Origin: a virus
Taxonomy: Duplodnaviria; Caudoviricetes
Length of the DNA stretch: 64,000 nt
IMG/VR virus record: IMGVR_UViG_3300034375_009028
Reading direction: 5' to 3' (one strand)
The notes beneath the pieces were generated by a model. That model was not told the origin of the DNA, did no database searches, and saw only the letters and a program-made list of their open reading frames with translations. Below are positions 45,613-57,251 of this stretch, in pieces (position 1 is the first letter of the stretch; every line of letters starts with the position of its first letter). A program made the position numbers and the translations under genes.

Positions 45613-46041
45613 CTATTTATCGTTTAGTCGCTTTTGATTTTTTAAATATTTAGATAACTCATCTGTAGATCCAAAAAATACTGCATTGTTAGTAACATTT
45701 GTTGTCTTCCCTTTGGGATTTTCCTCATCAAGTTCTTTCATCTTCTTTTGAAGATCTACTATTTTGTCCGTCGCATCTGATACATTTTTAATTAATTGTG
45801 CAACAACTTCATATGCTCTTGGTTGTCCACCATCAACAGCAATTTCTAAAGCACTATCAAGTGCTTCTTGACCCTTTTCTATAATTGAATATAAATTTCC
45901 TCTGGTATATTCATAATCTTTAGTAATATCTTCATTAGGATCTTTTATAGGAACTATTTTATCTTTTCTTTCTTTTTTTCTCTCTACTATATCAGCATCA
46001 ACGTTAAAAGTTGAATTTAAGTCATCGAAGTGTTCTTTCAT
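45613..46041 (-). CDS. gp16: Terminase small subunit
   Basis: KDYEYTR, PRAYEV, NVTNNAVFFGSTDEL. Confidence 0.93.
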   Translation of the reverse strand: MKEHFDDLNSTFNVDADIVERKKERKDKIVPIKDPNEDITKDYEYTRGNLYSIIEKGQEALDSALEIAVDGGQPRAYEVVAQLIKNVSDATDKIVDLQKKMKELDEENPKGKTTNVTNNAVFFGSTDELSKYLKNQKRLNDK

Positions 46042-46046
46042 GATTT

Positions 46047-47036
46047 TTACCCACTAAAACCAAAGTCATCACCAGCACTGATTAAATTATTATCAGACTC
46101 ATCTATTCCATATATTGCGCTACCACCAACATGCTCAGCTGCTACTGTATTGTAAGCAGCTCTTGTGACTGTAATTTCATTACCATTTACTGATCTAACA
46201 TAAATTGTTTCCTCGTCAATTGTTATATAAGTATCTGCTGCTATTTGGGATCCATCTTCAACATCAAGAATGGTAGCATCTGGTAAAGTATCTATATTTA
46301 ATGTTGTTTTAACTATTCCTGTATAATTTTTAGTTGCTACTGGTTTCTTATAAATTAGATTTCTTGCTCCTGCACCAGAAGTATCTGCACCAGCAAGACC
46401 AATAGATACGCTCTTGATAACATCTCTGGTAGAATCTTTAACAGGACCAAACAAGTATGTTTTAGCTGTAAACTTCAACGTATAAAGTAAAACTCTTCTT
46501 GTTGTGAAATCTCCTTCATAATTATCTTCAAAATTAACAGATTCTAAAGTTATAGGAACATCTCTTTTCTCACCAATTGTATCCACCAAATCTATAGTCA
46601 ATGTATAATTTGGTTGAAAGTATGGAAGTATTTGTTCAACTATTTGTAAAGCATCGTCATTTAATAATGTCATTATAGACAACTCAAAGTCCATATTGTA
46701 TGGTACAGGAAAATATACTTTTTTAATATCAGTCTTATCTGATTTTAGTGTAGTTGTAAAGTGTTGAGTTCCTGCTAATTTTCTACCAGTATCATAAGAT
46801 ATTCCTGTAAATTCAAATGACATTCTAGGAAGACTCATTTGAACTGGTTTATTTAAATTTGCTTGCTGCTCAATCCTAGCAAGAAATTTTTGAGTGGGTC
46901 CATATGCTAATGGAACTTCAATTACTTCTTCTGCTACCCCATCAGTAGATTCTCTTTTAATTTTTATATTATTAAAAAGAGTTCCAAAAGATATTACAGT
47001 TTTTCTGAATATTTGGTGGTAAAAATGATCAAACAT
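46047..47036 (-). CDS. gp15: Tail sheath stabiliser / terminator
   Basis: FGTLFNNI, VPLAYGP, LPRMSFE, QIVEQILPYF, FTAKTYLFGP. Confidence 0.93.
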   Translation of the reverse strand: MFDHFYHQIFRKTVISFGTLFNNIKIKRESTDGVAEEVIEVPLAYGPTQKFLARIEQQANLNKPVQMSLPRMSFEFTGISYDTGRKLAGTQHFTTTLKSDKTDIKKVYFPVPYNMDFELSIMTLLNDDALQIVEQILPYFQPNYTLTIDLVDTIGEKRDVPITLESVNFEDNYEGDFTTRRVLLYTLKFTAKTYLFGPVKDSTRDVIKSVSIGLAGADTSGAGARNLIYKKPVATKNYTGIVKTTLNIDTLPDATILDVEDGSQIAADTYITIDEETIYVRSVNGNEITVTRAAYNTVAAEHVGGSAIYGIDESDNNLISAGDDFGFSG

Positions 47037-47048
47037 GGCTTTATTTTT

Positions 47049-48440
47049 TTAAGGATTTCCGAAAGGATTTGACTCACTAAAATCTAGTATGTTATCTGCT
47101 TCGATTTCAATAGTTTTGTTTTGTTTGAATTTATCTTCAATTTCAATATCATTATTTAGAATAGTATACTGTGCTCCACTTTCAGATCCAGTTAAAATCT
47201 CTCCATCAATAAATGTTCCCAATATGTTGCCCAAGGTTAAGACCTTGTTAATAGTATCCCAAGATTTTACTCTTGCAGTAGAACTGTTTGCAGATCCAAC
47301 AACAACTTCATTGAATATAAATTTACCAGTTCCTATTACTACATCAGGAGGATCTATAACAACAGTAGGAACTTCAGCATAGTTGTTTCCACTATCATGA
47401 ATTACAATAGAGGTAACTATTCCAGATTCACTAATCAATGCTGATGCTACAGCAGGAATAAATCCAGTCAATCCTGCCCCAACAAATGTAACATTAGGTG
47501 CTTCATAATAACCACTACCTCCACCAGTAATTGTTACTACACCTACAGCATTATTTGCAATTTTACATACTCCATATGCTCCACTTCCACCACCTCCAGT
47601 AAATGTTATACGAGGAGTCACTGTATATCCATATCCAGGGTTTATAATATCTACTGCTTGAACTCTTAAAGACTCTTCAGATGTATCACATAGATCAACA
47701 ATTCCAGAAATCATAGATGCAATTCCAACAGCAGTTAATCCATTATCTGGTGCAGAAGTAATTGCGACTCTTGGAGATTCAAAATATCCAGAACCTCTAT
47801 TTGATATTGAAACAGTTCTTATTGCACCATCCACTAAACCAGTAAATGCTGTTGCAGTAGTTCCAACTCCAACCATTTGAAGTTTTTGTAAAAATCCTTC
47901 TTCCTCTATATTATCATCAATTTCATCTACACCCGTAGCAATAATTTCATCATTATAAACATATAGCTCACATTTTAATTCATAAACATAGTTTTTTTGT
48001 AATTGATAAAAAGGTTTTTCATGTTCTACATATTTTATTTCGAATAATTTATCACCCAATGGAAAATAAATTAAGTCCCCCTCTTTGGGTCTCTCTGTTA
48101 ATTTTGTATTCTCTATGGGTTCAATAATGGGTCGTATTCCCAACTCATACCTTTCTTTTGATATTATTAGTGTTAAATCATCTACTTCTTGAACACCAAA
48201 TTTTGATAGTAAAGTTCCTGCTCCACCAAAACCTTCATATGTATCTACATATGCTTCAATAGGAATAGCAACAGTAAATTCTGATCTAGAGACTTCTTCT
48301 AATATAGTTTTTTCATTTACAAATATTCTTGGAATGTAATAAATTTCTATCCCAAACATCTTAATGTGCTCGTTTACAAGGTCTTGAACTAAACCTTGTT
48401 CTCCAGAAGATCCGTGTAGAAAAAATGGATTTAATGGCAT
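47049..48440 (-). CDS. gp14: Neck protein
   Basis: LNPFF, YYIPR, PKEGDLIYFP, FEIKYVE, ESNPFG; internal Gly-rich repeat insert. Confidence 0.92.
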   Translation of the reverse strand: MPLNPFFLHGSSGEQGLVQDLVNEHIKMFGIEIYYIPRIFVNEKTILEEVSRSEFTVAIPIEAYVDTYEGFGGAGTLLSKFGVQEVDDLTLIISKERYELGIRPIIEPIENTKLTERPKEGDLIYFPLGDKLFEIKYVEHEKPFYQLQKNYVYELKCELYVYNDEIIATGVDEIDDNIEEEGFLQKLQMVGVGTTATAFTGLVDGAIRTVSISNRGSGYFESPRVAITSAPDNGLTAVGIASMISGIVDLCDTSEESLRVQAVDIINPGYGYTVTPRITFTGGGGSGAYGVCKIANNAVGVVTITGGGSGYYEAPNVTFVGAGLTGFIPAVASALISESGIVTSIVIHDSGNNYAEVPTVVIDPPDVVIGTGKFIFNEVVVGSANSSTARVKSWDTINKVLTLGNILGTFIDGEILTGSESGAQYTILNNDIEIEDKFKQNKTIEIEADNILDFSESNPFGNP

Positions 48441-48444
48441 AATA

Positions 48445-49284
48445 CTAACCTATCATATCGAACGGTGGTAATTCATAAGTAGAAGACATTTTCTCCATCA
48501 ATGCAGCAATTTCTTTTTCTCCATCATCATACATTTGTCTTCCATTTAGTTCCACTCCTCCAGGTAATTTAACTCCTTGGAATTTTATGAGGTTTTGACC
48601 CCACTGCCTTTTAATTAATGCTGTTAAGTATGGTTTTAGAAAAGAATCATTCCATACTTGGGGAGAATCTGCTGGATCCAAAAGTCTATAACAATCAATA
48701 ATCAAATATTGCCCAGGTCTAAGCATTCCCCAATCGACATCTAAATATAATCTATCTTGTCTCTGATTGTATCTTATTTGTTTTTTTGTACTTAGTAAAA
48801 AATCTATATCTTCAAGGTATCTTTTAACCATACTATAACTTAAAAGTTCTATAGAACTCCAATTATAAACTTCATTTAAAAATAATTGATATTTTACACT
48901 AAACATTCCACTAGAAATTGAGTTAGCACCCTCAAAATTCATAACTTTATTGATTCCCATAACATAATCTGGTATTTGTATATAATTACCAGTCTCAAAA
49001 TAATTAAATGATGTTGGAGTCCCTGCAATAGTTGTATCAACAGTGGTAGTCGTAATTCCAACTCCCCCCATTGTTGCGGTTCCCCTATCAATATCTTCTT
49101 GAGTAACTTTATACTTTAAAAAAGTTTGAATAACCCCATCAAAATGGCGCTCATAAAAAAACTGTAGCGCATCATCAACCAAATCTTCTATCTGTTCATC
49201 AGCAACATTGATTTCCAATACAGGATATCCAAGTTTCCTTTTACAATAATCAATTAATTCTGTTCTGGTTGTTGGTTTTGCCAT
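48445..49284 (-). CDS. gp13: Neck protein
   Basis: YCKRKLG, HFDG, QWGQNLIKF, LPGGVELNG. Confidence 0.95.
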   Translation of the reverse strand: MAKPTTRTELIDYCKRKLGYPVLEINVADEQIEDLVDDALQFFYERHFDGVIQTFLKYKVTQEDIDRGTATMGGVGITTTTVDTTIAGTPTSFNYFETGNYIQIPDYVMGINKVMNFEGANSISSGMFSVKYQLFLNEVYNWSSIELLSYSMVKRYLEDIDFLLSTKKQIRYNQRQDRLYLDVDWGMLRPGQYLIIDCYRLLDPADSPQVWNDSFLKPYLTALIKRQWGQNLIKFQGVKLPGGVELNGRQMYDDGEKEIAALMEKMSSTYELPPFDMIG

Positions 49285-49285
49285 T

Positions 49286-49519
49286 TTAGTTATTCTTGCT
49301 TAAGTTTAATAACAAACTTTTAATATCATTTATATCATTCTTTAAACTATTTAAATCTGATTCTATTTTATTAATTCTAACAGAATCTCTTTCCTTCATT
49401 TTCCTTAATTTTATGTAGGTTTCATATCCAGATTTGTCTGTATTAATAATCCCGTTAGTGACAGTATCTCTAACGAGATTATTATGACCTTCTACCTTTA
49501 GTCTTTGATTATATTCCAT
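49286..49519 (-). CDS. Conserved small hypothetical protein
   Basis: KVEGHNNLVRD...IIN with a coiled C-terminus; upstream of gp13. Confidence 0.7.
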   Translation of the reverse strand: MEYNQRLKVEGHNNLVRDTVTNGIINTDKSGYETYIKLRKMKERDSVRINKIESDLNSLKNDINDIKSLLLNLSKNN

Positions 49520-52500
49520 TATGCCAAAGCAATTACTCTAAGATCCTTTATCCTTGGTGGATTTGACTGACTTGTAGATGAACCAATAATTTTGATACTA
49601 AAATATCTAAACTCTGGAAGATCATCTGCAGTAAATGTATAGTCATTAAATAATACATCATTAGTATTTGATGATAAAACATCAGTCTTAACAACTTTCT
49701 TATCTGATAAACCATCAGAAGCAGAAATATCAATCACATTTCCATTCACATCCAAATTATTGTATCCTGGGAAGGGATAATAAACTGGATCATTTTCTGT
49801 AGTATTTGAGATCGAATAAAATACTCTAACATCATTAAATATATTTACATGTGCAGAAAGTAGAACTTTTAAAGAAGTTGCTGGATTTTCCAATTCAACT
49901 GGTAAGTTACAATAAATGAATTCATTAGGATCAGAGTTTAAAGTAGAAGTTCTTGGATCATTTACATAGTCAGTTATTGGGGCATTTACCCTATTTGATG
50001 TTAGAATAACACCTATTCTATCAAGATCAACTACTGGAGAAACTCTAATATCAGCAGAAGATAGACTTAGCTCTAATTCTAATGATTTATTTGAAATTAA
50101 ATTTGTATTATGAATGGATTCATTGACCGTTGATGTTATTAATCTTGGTTCTGTAAAATAATTAGTTTCATCTAAGGTAATGTCTACTATTGGACTTTCT
50201 AAGAACGATACTTCATTACCATCTACACTAGTTCCTGTTATACTCTTAAGTTTTGCCGTTACATTAGTTTCTGGCAGAACTAAAGTTTGTACAATAGGTC
50301 TCATTGATTCATACTGTATATTTTGAGTTGCATTTACAAGCTCACCACCATCAGATTTTGACTTACGAATGTAAAGTTTCTGTACACTTGGATCAGAATC
50401 TCTATTGATACCATTTTGAGATGTATCTAGTTTTATGTAATAAAAATCAAAACCTATAGATCTTGGAACAAGTGCATCTTGTAGATAATGTAGTTTGTTT
50501 ATTCTCCTTAAAGAAATACCATTATTTTCATATTTAAATACCGTAGTTTCTTCTGGATATGATATTGATTGTGTATTATCAATTTGCCTTGTAATTCCAG
50601 TTAAAGTTCCATTTGATATTCCAGTGTATGAAATAATCTCATCATTTATTAGAATGTACCCAGGATTTGTTGCACTAACTTCAATATTTTCAAATGTTGT
50701 GAAGTTTGTTGTGCTAGCAATACTAACAGGACCAGAGTCCGAGAAAGTATATTCTGCAGTCAGTGAAGTTGGTTCTATATCAGATCCTACTTCTGATAAC
50801 TGGACAACATTTGTTTTAGAATGCATTGCATGGTTTTTATGATTTACTTTAATATGTAAACCATCTTCAAATGGAGATGAAATCTCTATGTTTGAAATGA
50901 CAGAATCTGCTCCACCAGTATCAAAAATAGTAGTGGTTATTCCTAAAGAATTATCATATAGTAATGATTTTGATGTGTTATTCTCAAAATTACCCTGAAC
51001 ATTATCCACTACTAATTGATTAATTCCATTAATATTGGATATAGTAAATTGTGCATTTTTTCCTAAAGGTTGTGAACCAATACTATCAATAGTTACTACA
51101 TCACCTTGCTGATATCCAAATCCACCCGAATTAATAGTTGCTGCAATTGCAACTCCATTTGTACTCCCATCAGCGCCTATAGTAATATCTGCTGTTGCAT
51201 TTTTACCTAAACCACTTACCGATGTTAGAGATACTCCATTAAATGTAAAAGAAGAACCATCTGATGGAGTATATCCAATTCCAGCATTTGTTATGGTTAA
51301 TTGTCCAGAAGCAGATCCACCATATCCAACAACATCACCCCTAACAAAACTATTGTTTTGTTGTTTAATAGTATTTCCAATATCTAAAGATGTAATATCT
51401 ATCACATTTGTAGTTGTTATAATTACTTTTCTGGATTCAAATTCTAAAGGATCTGGAACCAAAGTAGCTATTTGATCATTACCCAAATCCAACCTTGGGT
51501 TAAAGAATGATATAGTTCCTGGGGAATCATTATTAAATGTAGCAGCATATAGTCTAAACTTCAAATCTTCATATTGACTTGCAGTCCAGGTAGATCCATT
51601 TTGAGATTTAAATAGTGATCCCAAATCTGGTTGCTGCGAAACAAGAGTTTGTCTTGATTCTTCTTGAAGTAATGTTGATACGTCAATCTCTCCCATTTTT
51701 GAAATCCAAACAGTATAATCATTTGAATCACTTAATAAAACTATCGCATATTCTTTATTACCTTCCAAATATATTGGGGATGGGAAGAATACTTCAGTTA
51801 CTGTTAAAGAATCTTCGGAAGTAAATACCTGTTGTGGATTTATGACAACTTCAGAAAATGGACAAACTTCATTTGTTGGATACCCATTAACCATAGGTCT
51901 TAATTGAACTGTAACTGGTATTATTGGATCTTTAGTTCTAAAGAATAGATCAACACTAGTTACAAATATACCATTAGTTTCACTAACTAAAAATGATTGT
52001 GCTAAAGGATCCCTATTTCGAGTTGACCTAATTAGTTGTCTTGCGAATCTTCCTGCACTGGGTGGATTTCTTCTGGGTGGATTTCTTTGACCTCTACGTC
52101 CTTGGTTCGGTGCTGGAGCGGGACGCCCACGACCAGCACTTACTGGTTGAGGAAAAACTTGTGGTCGTGGTGGCGGTGCTGGCGGTGGTGGTGGCGGCGG
52201 TGGCGGTGGATCTGGTATAAATCTTGATCTAGTTTCTTGGCTTCTATCTACTGCAGTAGTTACTTGAACATCTGGTACTGCTGGTCTTCTCTCTGTAGTA
52301 TCTACAACTTCAAATCTTGGTTTTCGTGTAGATCTTATAGTTTCTTGAACTGTATTCATAGTTCCAGAAGCAAAATATTGCTCTTCTCCAGAACTATCTA
52401 CAAGTCCTCCAATTTTTGTATTAGTTGAACTATTTGTTAGTCTAAAGACCTTTGTTCCTGCCTCAAAACTTGGATTTGAAGGTACATTTGGGTTTGGAAT

Positions 52501-55500
52501 AAAGAATGATCCTTTTATAGAACCAATACTATCAGTAAATAACCTTACATTTACTACTTCTGCCTCTCCATTAGGACCTCTTAGCCTCATACCTGGAACA
52601 ATAAATCCACGATACAGTGATTGATTGTTTTCTGATAGTGATCTAGTGTCAACGTTCAATAATATTGAAGAACTTGAATATTCTGCTGGTACTATATAAT
52701 TTTGATCATATGGACTCTCAACGTAAACATCACTAGGATTTGATATTGGTCCGTATTTGTGGTTTGACTTTGCTACTCTAAATTGAATTCTTGGTAAAGA
52801 TCTACCAAAGAATAATCTTCTTCCTCTAAAAAATCTTCCTCTTCTTCCAATTCTTGTTCCTCTGACAAGATCACCAACATTAAAAATTCCCCTAATCATT
52901 CTTATTTCGATTAGTTTTGGAACTATAAATTGATTTACATCCTGCTCATCAAAAAATCCATATAATCTTGTAAAAGGTTTGAATCTTCTTGCAGTAAATT
53001 CTATATTTCTAGATCTCATGAAAGGAATAACAGAGGTGTTGACAACTCTGTCTCCCTCACTCCTAGTTTCAACTTGTTCAGATACTCTTAGTCTTTTACC
53101 ATCTCTTTGATCAAAACCAGTTTGTGTTGTAGTGGTTACAGTTGTTGTTGTTACATCTCTAACATCAGTTCTAACAGTACCCCTTCCTCTTCTTATATTA
53201 CTTTGATTTCTCCAATTACTTCTAGTAGTTGATGATGTACTCGTAGAAGTGGATCCAGTCCAAGTAGTTTCCCAAGAACCCCAAACAATTGGACCGAGAC
53301 CAGTTTGTGCATCATAACCAGCATATTCTAGTTGTAATCTTGTTTGGGTATAATCATCTGATGTTATTGTTTGTGGTCTTAATCTAGTTTGATCAATCCA
53401 GATATCAGATGATGGGAATAACTCAATTGTACCCGCATAAGTAGTAACTAAATACGGAGTCACATTTTCAACTCTTGTTGCAAATGGATTTTCAACTATT
53501 ACTTCATCAGTATAATCTAATGTTAGTAATTGTCCAGTTTTTCTTATATTTGATCCAATAAGATCATCCACAAATTCAGAATCTGCAACTGTACCTGAAG
53601 TAGTTCCAATGCCAAGTAAAGATCTTCCACCCAAAAGCAAATCAATTTGTGTAGTAAAGTGAGAAGGTCTTAGTTCTAGATTTACTGGATCTATACTGTT
53701 AGTAACCCTAGAACTCTTAATTTGCGTTTTTCTAGTACTAAAATTATCAACATATATTCCAGATTTAAACCTTGTTAGTCCATTTGAATCTGGAATTGTT
53801 AGTGATTCTGCTTTTGACTCTAAAAGTGACAATGCAGTATAGTATTCTAAATTATTAACTCTCTGTTCTAGTTGACCAACATCCTCCATTCTATAGCGTT
53901 TATATTTGTTTAATTTTATTTCACAATCATCAATATCACACAAATATGGTGGTATTGATATAGTAGCTACTTCAAGAGCATCTTCTATAGGTATTGGTGG
54001 CAAAGGATCTTCTGAAGGAACTCCATTTAACAACTGAAATTCTCCAGTTTTTAATAGGAACAATTTATCAATTCTTGCCAAGTAGTGAGAATATGTTAAT
54101 CTTATAGATTCATCTGATGCAAGAATATTTTTTGCAGAATTATTTGAGTCTGAAAATTGTCTTGAAGTAAATTCAAATGGTGATAGTTGTGAATTTGAAT
54201 TGAATGGTAATACCCTTGGTCTAATATCAATAATGTCTGAGGTTCTGACATCATTTTTTACACTTAATAAGTCACAATAATCAAACTGAGAATAAGAATT
54301 GGCGGTTGTAATATCACCATTTTCAGAAGAAGAAAACTCTCCAGATTCGAAAATAACTTTTATCTGATTTTTTGGACTTTTGGAATTTTCCTTCCTAATG
54401 ATTCTAGAATAATCACAAATAGTATCTCTTTGCCCAGAATCTAAAGTGTATCTATCTGTTATATTTGTGGATCCTTGTCCAATGTCTGAAATTGTTCCTA
54501 AAATATTGCTTTTTTCTGATCTTACTGTCTCACCAATAATAAATGCAAGATCGCTTAAATAAACTATAGATATTTTTGAAGAATTTATATTTTCTACATA
54601 AATTGCTTCAGCTTCAGAAGTTTCTCCTTTAATCACTTCAGAAATAACTAAATCATCAGTTCTACCAGTTTGACCATTTAAATTTGCTAATGTTAAAGAA
54701 GGTAATACAGGTTCAAATGTATCTGAAGATTCAAAAATAGCATATACTTTAGTTACATCAGGTTCTAACAAGCAAATTTCTTTATCCTGAACTCTTAGAC
54801 CATAACCATAACTTCCATATTCTAGTCCATCATCTAAAGTCGTACTTCCAATACCAGAAGAAACTGATGTAGATTTATTTACAATAATAGAGTTTGCTCT
54901 ATTAGCAGTTTTTGTTCTACTAGTGACTCTATTTTTTGATAATGTTGCTATAAGTCTTCCAGGTCCATTGGTAGACATTCCATATATGGTGATTGATTTT
55001 GATCCATCACCATATATAAATTTATCGCCTGTCAATACTTCAAAATCACCATTAGAATTTATTAATACATACCTTTCTTCATCGAATGGTAAAAATGCTT
55101 CATCGGATTCACATTGAATTGTATTAGTAACATTCTGATTTATTACTAAATTAAATTCTTTTCTAATTGTAATTTCTGATTCTGTTAAATCAACATTAGA
55201 AATATATTTTTTTGGTAATGGTGTATATAAAGTATTATCTGTAGATGATTGCAATTTTGTTCCAATCAAACTAAAGTCCAATGCAATAACATCAGAAGAA
55301 GAAGGCATTAAACCATAATTTATTCCTGTTACTTCAGTAACACTTGTAATTCCAATAGTATATTCATCTGTTATACTTACTACTTTACCATAAGTTTTAT
55401 ATTCTGGAGACACTAATCCAGTATTTGTAAATGATACATAGTCTCCAACTTTAAATATTTTATCTAGTTGAACATCTGTTGAAACAACAGTAGATACATT

Positions 55501-57237
55501 AGCAACTGCTTGCCCAACAGTAACTTGACCTACACTAGTGTAATTAGAAAGTTTTGTGTCTGCATTAAAAGTCTCACCAATACCAATTGTACTATGTAAT
55601 GATTTTACATCTAAAGTTTTATATTCTGTTACACTAGTAATTAATGAATTTCCATCTACACCATTGAGAATTAATTTCTCACCTTTTATAAATTTTCCTC
55701 TTGTACCATAAACAGTTGCAATTCCTGCACTATTTGTGTCAAATCTTAAATGCCCACTTGCTCCACTAGACTTACCTTCAATATAAACTGGAGTTGTCCA
55801 TGAAACAGAAGAATTTAAATTTAATTCTGTATAGTATTGTGTATCATATAAAGATATGTCCCAAGTATTTAATTCTTGAACAGCAGTATCATAAGATCCA
55901 CCTTCTAAAGCATAATCATATATTCTTGATATACCAATTTCTTTGCCACTAGGAATAAATTGGTTTTCTCCAATTCTACTATCTCTTAAACTAATTAAAG
56001 ATGATGTAGTAAATCCAATTCTTGGAGCACCAACGACTCTATTAAGAGACATTGATGGACCAGTAAAATAGTTTATTGCTTGGTTTTCTAATGTACTAGT
56101 TGTTCTTGGTTTTTGGAAATCTAGATATGTTGAAGTTAAATATTCTATCTCATAACCCTTAACATATGCTTTTCCTGGAGAAATTTTATATGTCCCCAAA
56201 GATTCTCTAGGTACATTACCATTTCTAGTTAATTGATTTGATTTAAATACTCCATCATTACCTTTTCTATCATCTAGAGTTTCTTTTGCAGACACTGAAA
56301 ATGATTTTACATAAAAATCACCAGATTGCTCATAAGTTCTTCTAGCAAGCTCATCTCCAATATCATTATAAACTGATCTGTTATATGCTTTCTCAACGCC
56401 TCCTGATCTTACAATAAAGAGTTCTACAAAGTTTTCATGTTTATCTACTTCTATTGGTCTTTTTGCTAAAACAGCTCTTATTTGTAGTCTATCTGCACCA
56501 GGAGCTGCATAATTATTGAATCCAGAAGCATTATCGTTTAAACTATTATCTTGTCCAGATGTTACAATATTTTCATAAATTTCAAATCCAATTCTATATG
56601 ATGGATTATTCTCATGAGGTTCTAATATTAAAGTCTGTGCTAAAACCTTTACAAAAGTTCCTCTTAGATAGTAAACTCCTTCCTGCATAAAAACTGCAGA
56701 ACCAATAGAAGTTGATTGTGTAGGTGCAGTGGTTGTAAATGCTTGCCCTTGCTGAAAAACTGCAGCAGTTGAATTTAGATTTTCTTCTAAAATCAATAGT
56801 TCATTATCATCAAATACCGCCTTATCATCATTTCCAGTTGAAAGATAATTTATGTATAATGTAATATACCCTCTATCAGAATATTCAGTTCCTATACTAT
56901 CAACTATTTTTGCCTTAAGATTTGAATTTTGTCCCCTAATTGTAATCCCAGCCAAATCTCCCCTGAATGAGTCTAAATTTATTCCTAGATATTGACTCTC
57001 TACTTCTACACAATTTAATTCATTATTATAAGAATAATTTCCAGGAATAACTACTGACCCCTCTTTAAACAAATGTGTTCCAATTTGTTCAACTTGGTTT
57101 TGTAAAATAGACTGTAAAGTTGTAAGTTCTCTAGATTGTACTGGAAAACCTGGCTTAAAAAGAACTTTATGATATCCTTTTAGGGGATCATAATCATCAA
57201 AATAGGGAGATATATTTAAATTTGTTTCTTGTGGCAT
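49519..57237 (-). CDS. Very large virion structural protein (VrlC/DUF4815-like)
   Basis: MPQETNLNISPYFDD...VLFKPG...Q.RELTTLQ N-terminus; GIYVDNF; DPLAQSF; QYEDLKF; 2572 aa. Confidence 0.8.
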   Translation of the reverse strand: MPQETNLNISPYFDDYDPLKGYHKVLFKPGFPVQSRELTTLQSILQNQVEQIGTHLFKEGSVVIPGNYSYNNELNCVEVESQYLGINLDSFRGDLAGITIRGQNSNLKAKIVDSIGTEYSDRGYITLYINYLSTGNDDKAVFDDNELLILEENLNSTAAVFQQGQAFTTTAPTQSTSIGSAVFMQEGVYYLRGTFVKVLAQTLILEPHENNPSYRIGFEIYENIVTSGQDNSLNDNASGFNNYAAPGADRLQIRAVLAKRPIEVDKHENFVELFIVRSGGVEKAYNRSVYNDIGDELARRTYEQSGDFYVKSFSVSAKETLDDRKGNDGVFKSNQLTRNGNVPRESLGTYKISPGKAYVKGYEIEYLTSTYLDFQKPRTTSTLENQAINYFTGPSMSLNRVVGAPRIGFTTSSLISLRDSRIGENQFIPSGKEIGISRIYDYALEGGSYDTAVQELNTWDISLYDTQYYTELNLNSSVSWTTPVYIEGKSSGASGHLRFDTNSAGIATVYGTRGKFIKGEKLILNGVDGNSLITSVTEYKTLDVKSLHSTIGIGETFNADTKLSNYTSVGQVTVGQAVANVSTVVSTDVQLDKIFKVGDYVSFTNTGLVSPEYKTYGKVVSITDEYTIGITSVTEVTGINYGLMPSSSDVIALDFSLIGTKLQSSTDNTLYTPLPKKYISNVDLTESEITIRKEFNLVINQNVTNTIQCESDEAFLPFDEERYVLINSNGDFEVLTGDKFIYGDGSKSITIYGMSTNGPGRLIATLSKNRVTSRTKTANRANSIIVNKSTSVSSGIGSTTLDDGLEYGSYGYGLRVQDKEICLLEPDVTKVYAIFESSDTFEPVLPSLTLANLNGQTGRTDDLVISEVIKGETSEAEAIYVENINSSKISIVYLSDLAFIIGETVRSEKSNILGTISDIGQGSTNITDRYTLDSGQRDTICDYSRIIRKENSKSPKNQIKVIFESGEFSSSENGDITTANSYSQFDYCDLLSVKNDVRTSDIIDIRPRVLPFNSNSQLSPFEFTSRQFSDSNNSAKNILASDESIRLTYSHYLARIDKLFLLKTGEFQLLNGVPSEDPLPPIPIEDALEVATISIPPYLCDIDDCEIKLNKYKRYRMEDVGQLEQRVNNLEYYTALSLLESKAESLTIPDSNGLTRFKSGIYVDNFSTRKTQIKSSRVTNSIDPVNLELRPSHFTTQIDLLLGGRSLLGIGTTSGTVADSEFVDDLIGSNIRKTGQLLTLDYTDEVIVENPFATRVENVTPYLVTTYAGTIELFPSSDIWIDQTRLRPQTITSDDYTQTRLQLEYAGYDAQTGLGPIVWGSWETTWTGSTSTSTSSTTRSNWRNQSNIRRGRGTVRTDVRDVTTTTVTTTTQTGFDQRDGKRLRVSEQVETRSEGDRVVNTSVIPFMRSRNIEFTARRFKPFTRLYGFFDEQDVNQFIVPKLIEIRMIRGIFNVGDLVRGTRIGRRGRFFRGRRLFFGRSLPRIQFRVAKSNHKYGPISNPSDVYVESPYDQNYIVPAEYSSSSILLNVDTRSLSENNQSLYRGFIVPGMRLRGPNGEAEVVNVRLFTDSIGSIKGSFFIPNPNVPSNPSFEAGTKVFRLTNSSTNTKIGGLVDSSGEEQYFASGTMNTVQETIRSTRKPRFEVVDTTERRPAVPDVQVTTAVDRSQETRSRFIPDPPPPPPPPPPAPPPRPQVFPQPVSAGRGRPAPAPNQGRRGQRNPPRRNPPSAGRFARQLIRSTRNRDPLAQSFLVSETNGIFVTSVDLFFRTKDPIIPVTVQLRPMVNGYPTNEVCPFSEVVINPQQVFTSEDSLTVTEVFFPSPIYLEGNKEYAIVLLSDSNDYTVWISKMGEIDVSTLLQEESRQTLVSQQPDLGSLFKSQNGSTWTASQYEDLKFRLYAATFNNDSPGTISFFNPRLDLGNDQIATLVPDPLEFESRKVIITTTNVIDITSLDIGNTIKQQNNSFVRGDVVGYGGSASGQLTITNAGIGYTPSDGSSFTFNGVSLTSVSGLGKNATADITIGADGSTNGVAIAATINSGGFGYQQGDVVTIDSIGSQPLGKNAQFTISNINGINQLVVDNVQGNFENNTSKSLLYDNSLGITTTIFDTGGADSVISNIEISSPFEDGLHIKVNHKNHAMHSKTNVVQLSEVGSDIEPTSLTAEYTFSDSGPVSIASTTNFTTFENIEVSATNPGYILINDEIISYTGISNGTLTGITRQIDNTQSISYPEETTVFKYENNGISLRRINKLHYLQDALVPRSIGFDFYYIKLDTSQNGINRDSDPSVQKLYIRKSKSDGGELVNATQNIQYESMRPIVQTLVLPETNVTAKLKSITGTSVDGNEVSFLESPIVDITLDETNYFTEPRLITSTVNESIHNTNLISNKSLELELSLSSADIRVSPVVDLDRIGVILTSNRVNAPITDYVNDPRTSTLNSDPNEFIYCNLPVELENPATSLKVLLSAHVNIFNDVRVFYSISNTTENDPVYYPFPGYNNLDVNGNVIDISASDGLSDKKVVKTDVLSSNTNDVLFNDYTFTADDLPEFRYFSIKIIGSSTSQSNPPRIKDLRVIALA

Positions 57238-57251
57238 GATTTTAACGGAAT

